A stretch of DNA of 64,000 bases from Raja brachyura. Taxonomy: Eukaryota. Of the stretch, positions 51,301-63,300 are shown piece after piece. Location of the stretch: positions 23,002,001 through 23,066,000 of the forward strand of contig OY740783.1 of the NCBI GenBank assembly GCA_963514005.1. Direction: 5' to 3'. The position numbers were made by a program, and so were the translations under genes. The first letter of the stretch is position 1; every line of letters starts with the position of its first letter. The notes beneath the pieces were generated by a model, which saw only the letters and a list, made by a program, of their open reading frames with translations, made no database searches and had not been told where the DNA came from.

Positions 51301-54300
51301 AATCCTATACGATTGATTCAGTGACACGAAAAATAGCTGAAGGGGATCACACTGCCACTGCTGCCACTGTAATTAAAAAAAAGTTACCAGAATTCACATC
51401 AGAAGTACCATCAGTGATCACAGAGATCAAAACCACCCCAGAGAAAGTGGTTACAAAGTCAACAGTAAAGCCTCCTGCATCCATGGAATCGGGAATAACA
51501 GCAAAGGTCTCAGTCAAGCTAACTCCTTCTCCAGAATTTGAGAGTTCTGGTGAAGAGCTGATTACTACTGGAGAAGGAATGATTACGACCGGACACACTG
51601 GCCGCTTTGAACCTGACGTCTCCACTTTAGAAATGAGGTCTACTCTTTCTCCAGTGCCCAGTAAAGCTTTAGTGGATGCGGAAGCTGTACACAGCACTGT
51701 CATATTTGCACATGAGAGAGCGGAGACACACACACCGAGGGACGGTTTGCTGGTAAAGGTCCGCACACAGACGACAAATGAGCCTGCTTCAACAGTTGTG
51801 GTTGGCGATAAGGAAACCAAATATACATCCCATTCAGCCAGCAGTGAAATAGAAGAGGGAATTCCCCAATATATTCTTACACCTGCAATTGCAAAAGTAT
51901 CTCAAGAATCTTCATCAGAAGCACCATCAGTGACTGCTGAGATCAAAACCATTCCAGAGAAAGTGGCCATGGAGTCAACTGTGAAACCTCCAACAATTGA
52001 TAGATCAGGAATAACGGAGAAAGTTGCAGACAAACTACCATTTTTTCCAGAGTTTGAGAGTTCTGGTGAAGGATTATTTCCCATCAAACCCACTGGCCAG
52101 TTTCAAACTGGTGCATCCACACTAGAGGTGAGCGGGCAAGAAACTCCAGTGACCAGCAGAATATCTTTGGATGGGGAAGTACTTCACAGTGCTGTTCCAG
52201 CAACAACTGATCAAGAGACTAGAATAACAACATCTGCATTACCTGACGCACACACACAAAGAGAAGGATTGATGGAAAAAGTCCACACGCAGGCAAAAGA
52301 ACTAGTCGAAGGAGAACGCCCTGTCACTGCTACTCCAGTAATTAAAACAAAGTTACAAGAATCCACATCAGAAGCACCATCAGAGATCAAAACCATCCCA
52401 GAGAAAGTGGTTGGGACATCAACTGTGAAATCACCAGCAACTGTGGAAACAGAGATAACAGAGAAGGTTTCAGTCAAACTACCTTCTTCCGTAGTATTTG
52501 AGAGTTCTGGTGAAGAGCTGATTACTTCCAAACAAATTGCACAATTTCGAACTGACATTTCCACCACAGAAATAAGCTCTACCCTTTTACCAGTCACCAG
52601 TAAAACTCCAGTGGATGCAAAAATTCCCCAGAGCACCGTTACTGTTACACTTGAGAGTGACAAGTCTGCATCTACTGTCGAAATTGGCGAGAAGGAAACC
52701 AGATACACGTTAGTTCCAGTCACCAGTGAAATGGAAGAGGTTTCTCCTCATGATGCAGTTACACCAGTCATTGGAAAAGCTTCATCGAAAATACCATCAG
52801 TGATCACTGAGACCAAAACAATCTCAGGGAAAGTGGTTATGGCATCAACTGTGAAAACATCTGCAATTTATGAATCGGGAATAACAGAGAAAGTTCCAGA
52901 CAAACTGCAGCCTTCTCCAGAATTTGAGAGTTCTGGTGAAGAAACATTCAGTATTGGACACACTGGCCGGTTTGAACCTGATGTTTCCACACTGGAGATG
53001 AGCAGCCAAGAAACTCCAGTGACAAGCATAACATTATTGGATGAGGAAGCTCTTCACAGTGCTGTTCCAGCAGCAACTGATCAAAAGACAGGACTAGTCA
53101 CATCTCGATTACCTGACACACACACACACACTGATAGTTTGATGGTAAAAGTCCAGACACAGGTGGAAGACAGAACGGCAGCAACAGATGTGGCAGGTGA
53201 GAAAGAAACCAGGTATACATTTGATTCAGTGACAAAAGAACTAGTCGAAGGAGAACGCCCTGTCACTGCTACCCCAACAATTAAAACAACGTTACAAGAA
53301 TCCACATCAGAAGCACCATCAGTGATCACTGAGGTCAAAACCATCCCAGAGAAAGTGGTTGTCACATCAACTGTGAAATCACCAGCAACTGTGGAAACGG
53401 AGATAACAGAGAAAGTTGCAGTCAAACTACCTCCTTCTGTAGAATTTGAGACTTCTGGTGAAAAACTGATTACTTCCAAACAAATTACACAATTTGGAAC
53501 TGACATTTCCACCACAGAAATAAGCTCTACCCTTTTACCAGTCACCAGTAAAACTCCAGTGGATGCAAAAATTCCCCAGAGCACCGTTACTGTTGCACGT
53601 GAGAGTGAGGAGGAAATTTCTGGGTCTGGCTCATCGGAGATACACACAGAGTGGGATGGTTTGCTGGTTAAAGTACACACACAAACAACTGGCAAGTCTG
53701 CATCTACAGTTGTGATGGGAGAGAAGGAAACCAGATACACGTTAGTTCCAGTCACCAGTGAAATGGAAGAGGTTTCTCCTCATGATACAGTTACACCAGT
53801 CATTGGAAAAGCTTCATCGAAAATACCATTAGTCATCACTGAGATCAAAACAATCGCTGGGAAAGTGGTTATGGCGTCAACTGTGAAACCATCTGCAATT
53901 TATGAATCGGGAATAACGGAGAAAGTTCCAGACAAACTGCAGCCTTCTCCAGAATTTGAGAGTTCTGGTGAAGAAACATTCAGTATTGGACATACTGGCC
54001 GGTTTGAACCTGATGTTTCCACACTGGAGATGAGCAGCCAAGAAACTCCAGTGACAAGCAGAACTTTATTGGATGAGGAAGCTCTTCACAGTGCTGTTCC
54101 AGCAGCAACTGATCAAAAGACTGGACTAGTCACATCTGGATTACCTGACATACACACACGCACTGATGGTTTGATGCAGACACAGGTGGAAGACAGAACG
54201 GCAGCAACAGATGTGGCAGGTGAGAAAGAAACCAGGTATACATTTGATTCTGTGACAAAAGAACTAGTCGAAGGAGAACGCCCTGTCACTGCTACCCCAG

Positions 54301-57300
54301 TAACTAAAACGACGTTACAAGAATCCATCTCAGAAGCACCATCAGTGATCACTGAGGTCAAAACCATCCCAGAGAAAGTGGTTGTCGCATCAACTATGAA
54401 ATCACCAGCAACTGTGGAAACGGAGATAATAGAGAAAGTTTCAGTCAAACTACCTTCTTCTGTAGAATTTGAGAGTTCTGGTGAAGAGCTGATTACTTCC
54501 AAACAATTTGGAACTGATATTTCCACCACAGAAATAAGCTCTACCCTGTTACCAGTTACCAGTGAAATTCCAGTGGATGCAAAAATTCCCCAGAGCACCG
54601 TTACTGTTCCACGTGAGAGTGAGGAGGAAATTTCTGGGTCTGGCTCGTCGGAGATACATACAAAGTGGGATCGTTTGCTGGTTAAAGTGCACACACAAAC
54701 AACTGACAAGTCTGCATCTACTGTCGAAATTGGCGAGAAGGAAACCAGATCCACGTTAGTTCCAGTCACCAGTGAAATGGAAGAGGTTTCTCCTCATGAT
54801 ACAGTTACACCAGTCATTGGAAAAGTTTCATCGAAAATACCATCAGTGATCACTGAGATCAAAACAATCGCTGGGAAAGTGGTTATGGCGTCAACTGTGA
54901 AACCATCTGCAATTTATGAATCAGGAATAACGGAGAAAGTTTCAGACAAACTGCAGCCTTCTCCAGAATTTGAGAGTTCTGGTGAAGAAACATTCAGTAT
55001 TGGACACGCTGGCCGGTTTGAACCTGATGTTTCCAAACTGGAGATGAGCAGCCAAGAAACACCAGTGACAAGCAGAACTTTATTGGATGAGGAAGCTCTT
55101 CAAAGTGCTGTTCCAGCAGCAACTGATCAAGAGACTGGACTAGTCACATCTGGATTACCGGACACACACACACACACTGATGGTTTGATGGTAAAAGTCC
55201 AGACACAGGTGGAAGACAGAACGGCAGCAACAGGTGTGGCAGGTGAGAAAGAAACCAGGTATACATTTGATTCTGTGACAAAAGAACTAGTCGAAGGAGA
55301 ACGCCCTGTCACTGCTACCCCATTAATTAAAACGACGTTACAGGAATCCATCTCAGAAGCACCATCAGTGATCACTGAGGTCAAAACCATCCCAGAGAAG
55401 ATGGTTGTCACATCAACTATGAAATCACCAGCAACTGTGGAAACGGAGATAACAGAGAAAGTTACAGTCAAACTACCTCCTTCTGTAGAATTTGAGAGTT
55501 CTGGTGAAGAGCTGATTACTTCCAAACAAATTGCACAATTTGGAACTGATATTTCCACCACAGAAATAAGCTCTACCCTGTTACCAGTTACCAGTAAAAC
55601 TCCAGTGGATGCAAAAATTCCCCAGAGCACCGTTACTGTGACACGTGAGAGTGAGGAGGAAGTTTCTGGGTCTGGCTCGTCTGAGATACACACAGAGTGG
55701 GATCGTTTGCTGGTTAAAGTGCACACACAAACAACTGACATGTCTGCATCCACTGTCGAAATTGGCGAGAAGGAAACCAGATACACGTTAGTTCCAGTCA
55801 CCAGTGAAATGGAAGAGGTTTCTCCTCATGATGCAGTTACACCAGTCATTGGAAAAGCTTCATCGAAAATACCATCAGTCATCACTGAGATCAAAACCAT
55901 CACAGGGAAAGTGGTTATGGCGTCAACTGTGAAATCCTCTGCAATTTATGAATCGGGAATAACGGAGAAAGTTCCAGACAAACTGCAGCCTTCTCCAGAA
56001 TTTGAGAGTTCTGGTGAAGAAACATTCAGTATTGGACACACTGGCCGGTTTGAACCTGATGTTTCCACACTGGAGATGAGCAGCCAAAAAACTCCAGTGA
56101 CAAGCAGAACTTTATTGGATGAGGAAGCTCTTCGCACTGCTGTTCCAGCAGCAACTGATCAAAAGACTGGACTAGTCACATCTGGATTACCTGAGACACA
56201 CACACGCACTGATGGTTTGATGCAGACACAGGTGGAAGACAGAACGGCAGCAACAGATGTGACAGGTGAGAAAGAAACCAGGTATACATTTGATTCTGTG
56301 ACAAAAGAACTAGTCGAAGGAGAACGCCCTGTCACTGCTACCCCATTAATTAAAACAACATTACCAGAATCCACATCAGAAGCACCATCAGTGATCACTG
56401 AGGTCAAAACCATCCCAGAGAAAGTGGTTGTCACATCAACTATGAAATCACCAGCAACTGTGGAAACGGAGATAACAGAGAAAGTTTCAGTCAAACTACC
56501 TCCTTCTGTAGAATTTGAGAGTTCTGGTGAAGAGCTGATTACTTCCAAACAAATTGCACAATTTGGAACTGATATTTCCACCACAGAAATAAGCTCTACC
56601 CTGTTACCAGTTACCAGTGAAATTCCAATGGATGCAAAAATTCCCCAGAGCACCGTTACTGTTCCACTTGAGAGTGAGGAGGAAATTTCTGGGTCTGGCT
56701 CGTCGGAGATACATACAAAGTGGGATCGTTTGCTGGTTAAAGTGCACACACAAACAACTGACAAGTCTGCATCTACTGTCGAAATTGGCGAGAAGGAAAC
56801 CAGATCCACGTTAGTTCCAGTCACCAGTGAAATGGAAGAGGTTTCTCCTCATGATACAGTTACACCAGTCATTGGAAAAGTTTCATCGAAAATACCATCA
56901 GTGATCGCTGGGAAAGTGGTTATGGCGTCAACTGTGAAACCATCTGCAATTTATGAATCAGGAATAACGGAGAAAGTTTCAGACAAACTGCAGCCTTCTC
57001 CAGAATTTGAGAGTTCTGGTGAAGAAACATTCAGTATTGGACACGCTGGCCGGTTTGAACCTGATGTTTCCAAACTGGAGATGAGCAGCCAAGAAACACC
57101 AGTGACAAGCAGAACTTTATTGGATGAGGAAGCTCTTCACAGTGCTGTTCCAGCAGCAACTGATCAAGAGACTGGACTAGTCACATCTGGATTACCGGAC
57201 ACACAAACACACACTGATGGTTTGATGGTAAAAGTCCAGACACAGGTGGAAGACAGAACGGCAGCAACAGGTGTGGCAGGTGAGAAAGAAACCAGGTATA

Positions 57301-60300
57301 CATTTGATTCTGTGACAAAAGAACTAGTCGAAGGAGAACGCCCTGTCACTGCTACCCCATTAATTAAAACGACGTTACAGGAATCCATCTCAGAAGCACC
57401 ATCAGTGATCACTGAGGTCAAAACCATCCCAGAGAAGGTGGTTGTCACATCAACTATGAAATCACCAGCAACTGTGGAAATGGAGATAACAGAGAAAGTT
57501 ACAGTCAAACTACCTCCTTCTGTAGAATTTGAGAGTTCTGGTGAAGAGCTGATTACTTCCAAACAAATTGCACAATTTGGAACTGATATTTCCACCACAG
57601 AAATAAGCTCTACCCTGTTACCAGTTACCAGTAAAACTCCAGTGGATGCAAAATATCCCCAGAGCACCGTTACTGTGACACGTGAGAGTGAGGAGGAAGT
57701 TTCTGGGTCTGGCTCGTCGGAGATACACACAGAGTGGGATCGTTTGCTGGTTAAAGTGCACACACAAACAACTGACATGTCTGCATCCACTGTCGAAATT
57801 GGCGAGAAGGAAACCAGATACACGTTAGTTCCAGTCACCAGTGAAATGGAAGAGGTTTCTCCTCATGATGCAGTTACACCAGTCATTGGAAAAGCTTCAT
57901 CGAAAATACCATCAGTCATCACTGAGATCAAAACCATCACAGGGAAAGTGGTTATGGCGTCAACTGTGAAATCCTCTGCAATTTATGAATCGGGAATAAC
58001 GGAGAAAGTTCCAGACAAACTGCAGCCTTCTCCAGAATTTGAGAGTTCTGGTGAAGAAACATTCAGTATTGGACACACTGGCCGGTTTGAACCTGATGTT
58101 TCCACACTGGAGATGAGCAGCCAAAAAACTCCAGTGACAAGCAGAACTTTATTGGATGAGGAAGCTCTTCGCAGTGCTGTTCCAGCAGCAACTGATCAAA
58201 AGACGGGACTAGTCACATCTGGATTACCTGAGACACACACACGCACTGATGGTTTGATGCAGACACAGGTGGAAGACAGAAAGGCAGCAACAGATGTGAC
58301 AGGTGAGAAAGAAACCAGGTATACATTTGATTCTGTGACAAAAGAACTAGTCGAAGGAGAACGCCCTGTCACTGCTTCCCCATTAATTAAAACAACATTA
58401 CCAGAATCCACATCAGAAGCACCATCAGTGATCACTGAGGTCAAAACCATCCCAGAGAAAGTGGTTGTCACATCAACTATGAAATCACCAGCAACTGTGG
58501 AAACGGAGATAACAGAGAAAGTTTCAGTCAAACTACCTCCTTCTGTAGAATTTGAGAGTTCTGGTGAAGAGCTGATTACTTCCAAACAAATTGCACAATT
58601 TGGAACTGATATATCCACCACAGAAATAAGCTCTGCTCTGTTACCAGTTACCAGTAAAACTCCAGTGGCTGCAAAAATTCCCCAGAGCACCGTTACTGTT
58701 ACACGTGAGAGTGAGGAGGAAATTTCTGGGTCTGGCTTGTCAGAGATACACACAGAGTGGGATCGTTTGCTGGTTAAAGTGCACACACAAATAACTGACA
58801 AGTCTACATCTACTGTCGACATTGGCGAGAAGGAAACCAGATACACGTTAGTTCCAGTCACCAGTGAAATGGAAGAGGTTTCTCCTCATGATGCAGTTAC
58901 ACCAGTCATTAGAAAAGCTTCATCGAAAATACCATCAGTCATCACTGAGATCAAAACCATCACAGGGAAAGTGGTTATGGCGTCAACTGTGAAACCCTCT
59001 GCAATTTATGAATCGGGAATAACGGAGAAAGTTCCAGACAAACTGCAGCCTTCTCCAGAATTTGAGAGTTCTGGTGAAGAACCATTCAGTATTGGACACA
59101 CTGGCCGGTTTGAACCTGATGTTTCCACACTGGAGATGAGCAGCCAAGAAACTCCAGTGACAAGCAGAACTTTATTGGATGAGGAAGCTCTTCGCAGTGC
59201 TGTTCCAGCAGCAACTGATCAAAAGACTGGACTAGCCACATCTGGATTACCTGAGACACACACACACACTGATGGTTTGATGCAGACACAGGTGGAAGAC
59301 AGAACGGCAGCAACAGATGTGACAGGTGAGAAAGAAACCAGGTATACATTTGATTCTGTGACAAAAGAACTAGTCGAAGGAGAACGCCCTGTCACTGCTA
59401 CCCCATTAATTAAAACAACATTACCACAATCCACACCAGAAGCACCATCAGTGATCACTGAGGTCAAAACCATCCCAGAGAAAGTGGTTGTCACATCAAC
59501 TATGAAATATCCAGCAACTGTGGAAACGGAGATAACAGAGAAAGTTACAGTCAAACTACCTTCTTCTGTAGAATTTGAGAGTTCTGGTGAAGAGCTGATT
59601 ACTTCCAAACAAATTGCACAATTTGGAACTGATATTTCCACCACTGAAATAAGCTCTGCCCTGTTACCAGTTACAAGTAAAACTCCAGTGGATGCAAAAA
59701 TTCCCCAGAGCACCGTTACTGTTACACGTGAGAGTGAGGAGGAAATTTCTGGGTCTGGCTTGTCGGAGATACACACAGAGTGGGATCGTTTGCTGGTTAA
59801 AGTGCACACACAAACAACTGACAAGTCTGCATCTACTGTCGAAATTGGCGAGAAGGAAACCAGATACACGTTAGTTCCAGTCACCAGCGAAATGGAAGAG
59901 GTTTCTCCTCATGATGCAGTTACACCAGTCATTGGAAAAGCTTCATCGAAAATACCATCAGTCATCACTGAGATCAAAACCATCACAGGGAAAGTGGTTA
60001 TGGCGTCAACTGTGAAACCCTCTGCAATTTATGAATCGGGAATAACGGAGAAAGTTCCAGACAAACTGCAGCCTTCTCCAGAATTTGAGAGTTCTGGTGA
60101 AGAAACATTCAGTATTGGACACACTGGCCGGTTTGAACCTGATGTTTCCAAAATGGAGATGAGCAGCCAAGAAACTCCAGTGACAAGCAGAACTTTATTG
60201 GATGAGGAAGCTCTTCACAGTGCTGTTCCAGCAGCAACTGATCAAGAGACTGGACTAGTCACATCTGGATTACCGGACACACACACACACACTGATGGTT

Positions 60301-63300
60301 TGATGGTAAAAGTCCAGACACAGGTGGAAGACAGAACGGCAGCAACGGGTGTGGCAGGTGAGAAAGAAACCAGGTATGCATTTGATTCTGTGACAGAAGA
60401 ACTAGTCGAAGGAGAACGCCCTGTCACTGCTACCCCAGTAATTAAAACAATGTTACAAGAATCCATCTCAGAAGCACCATTAGTGATCACTGAGATCAAA
60501 ACCATCCCAGAGAAAGTGGTTGTCACATCAACTATGAAATCACCAGCAACTGTGGAAACGGAGATAACAGAGAAAGTTACAGTCAAACTACCTCCTTCTG
60601 TAGAATTTGAGAGTTCTGGTGAAGAGCTGATTACTTCCAAACAAATTGCACAATTTGGAACTGATATTTCCACCACTGAAATAAGCTCTGCCCTGTTACC
60701 AGTTACAAGTAAAACTCCAGTGGATGCAAAAATTCCCCAGAGCACCATTACTGTTACACGTGAGAGTGAGGAGGAAATTTCTGGGTCTGGCTTGTCGGAG
60801 ATACACACAGAGTGGGATCGTTTGCTGGTTAAAGTGCACACACAAACAACTGACAAGTCTGCATCTACTGTCGAAATTGGCGAGAAGGAAACCAGATACA
60901 CGTTAGTTCCAGTCACCAGCGAAATGGAAGAGGTTTCTCCTCATGATGCAGTTACACCAGTCATTGGAAAAGCTTCATCGAAAATACCATCAGTCATCAC
61001 TGAGATCAAAACCATCACAGGGAAAGTGGTTATGGCGTCAACTGTGAAACCCTCTGCAATTTATGAATCGGGAATAACGGAGAAAGTTCCAGACAAACTG
61101 CAGCCTTCTCCAGAATTTGAGAGTTCTGGTGAAGAAACATTCAGTATTGGACACACAGGCCGGTTTGAACCTGATGTTTCCAAAATGGAGATGAGCAGCC
61201 AAGAAACTCCAGTGACAAGCAGAACTTTATTGGATGAGGAAGCTCTTCACAGTGCTGTTCCAGCAGCAACTGATCAAGAGACTGGACTAGTCACATCTGG
61301 ATTACCGGACACACACACACACACTGATGGTTTGATGGTAAAAGTCCAGACACAGGTGGAAGACAGAACGGCAGCAACAAGTGTGGCAGGTGAGCAAGAA
61401 ACCAGGTATACATTTGATTCTGTGACAAAAGAACTAGTCGAAGGCGAACGCACTGTCACTGCTACCCCATTAATTAAAACAACATTACCAGAATCCACAT
61501 CAGAAGCACCATCGGTGATCAATGAGGTCAAAACCATCCCAGAGAAAGTGGTTGTCACATCAACTATGAAATCACCAGCAACTGTGGAAACGGAGATAAC
61601 AGAGAAAGTTTCAGTCAAACTACCTCCTTCTGTAGAATTTGAGAGTTCTGGTGAAGAGCTGATTACTTCCAAACAAATTGCACAATTTGGAACTGATATA
61701 TCCACCACAGAAATAAGCTCTGCCCTGTTACCAGTTACCAGTAAAACTCCAGTGGCTGCAAAAATTCCCCAGAGCACCGTTACTGTTACACGTGAGAGTG
61801 AGGAGGAAATTTCTGGGTCTGGCTCGTCGGAGATACACACAGAGTGGGATCGTTTGCTGGTTAAAGTGCACACACAAACAACTGAGAAGTCTGCATCTAC
61901 TGTCGAAATTGGTGAGAAGGAAACCAGATACACGTTAGTTCCAGTCACCAGTGAAATGGAAGAGGTTTCTCCTCATGATGCAGTTACACCACTCATTGGA
62001 AAAGCTTCATCGGAAATACCATCAGTCATCACTGAGATCAAAACCATCACAGGGAAAGTGGTTATGGCGTCAACTGTGAAACCCTCTGCAATTTATGAAT
62101 CGGGAATAACGGAGAAAGTTCCAGACAAACTGCAGCCTTCTCCAGAATTTGAGAGTTCTGGTGAAGAACCATTCAGTATTGGACACACTGGCCGGTTTGA
62201 ACCTGATGTTTCCAAACTGGAGATGAGCAGCCAAGAAACTCCAGTGACAAGCAGAACTTTATTGGATGAGGAAGCTCTTCACAGTGCTGTTCCAGCAGCA
62301 ACTGATCAAAAGACTGGACTAGCCACATCTGGATTACCTGAGACACACACACACACTGATGGTTTGATGGTAAAAGTCCAGACACAGGTGGAAGACAGAA
62401 CGGCAGCAACAGGTGTGGCAGGTGAGAAAGAAACCAGGTATACATTTGATTATGTGACAAAAGAACTAGTCGAAGGAGAACGCCCTGTCACTGCTACCCC
62501 AGTAATTAAAACAACGTTAGAAGAATCCATCTCAGAAGCACCATCAGTGATCACTGAGATCAAAACCATCCCAGAGAAGGTGGTTGTCACATCAACTATG
62601 AAATCACCAGCAACTGTGGAAACGGAGATAACAGAGAAAGTTACAGTCAAACTAACTCCTTCTGTAGAATTTGAGAGTTCTGGTGAAGAGCTGATTACTT
62701 CCAAACAAATTGCACAATTTGGAACTGATATTTCCACCACAGAAATAAGCTCTACCCTGTTACCAGTTACCAGTAAAACTCCAGTGGATGCAAAATATCC
62801 CCAGAGCACCGTTACTGTACCACGTGAGAGTGAGGAGGAAATTTCTGGGTCTGGCTCGTCGGAGATACACACAGAGTGGGATCGTTTGCTGGTTAAAGTG
62901 CACACACAAACAACTGACAAGTCTGCATCTACAGTTGTGATTGGCGAGAAGGAAACCAGATACACGTTAGTTCCAGTCACTAGTGAAATGGAAGAGGTTT
63001 CTCCTCATGATGCAGTTACACCAGTCATTGGAAAAGCTTCATCGAAAATACCATCAGTCATCACTGAGATCAAAACCATCACAGGGAAAGTGTTTATGGC
63101 GTCAACTGTGAAACCCTTTGCAATTTTTGAATCGGAAATAACTGAGAAAGTTCCAGACAAACTGCAGCCTTCTCCAGAATTTGAGAGTTCTGGTGAAGAA
63201 ACATTCAGTATTGGACACACTGGCCGCTTTGAACCTGATGTTTCCAAACTGGAGATGAGCAGCCAAGAAACTCCAGTGACAAGCAGAACTTTATTGGATG

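Noticed and set aside
54562-60906. Short + strand ORFs (MQKFPRAPLL...)
   Set aside because: Alternative-frame by-products of the same repeat.
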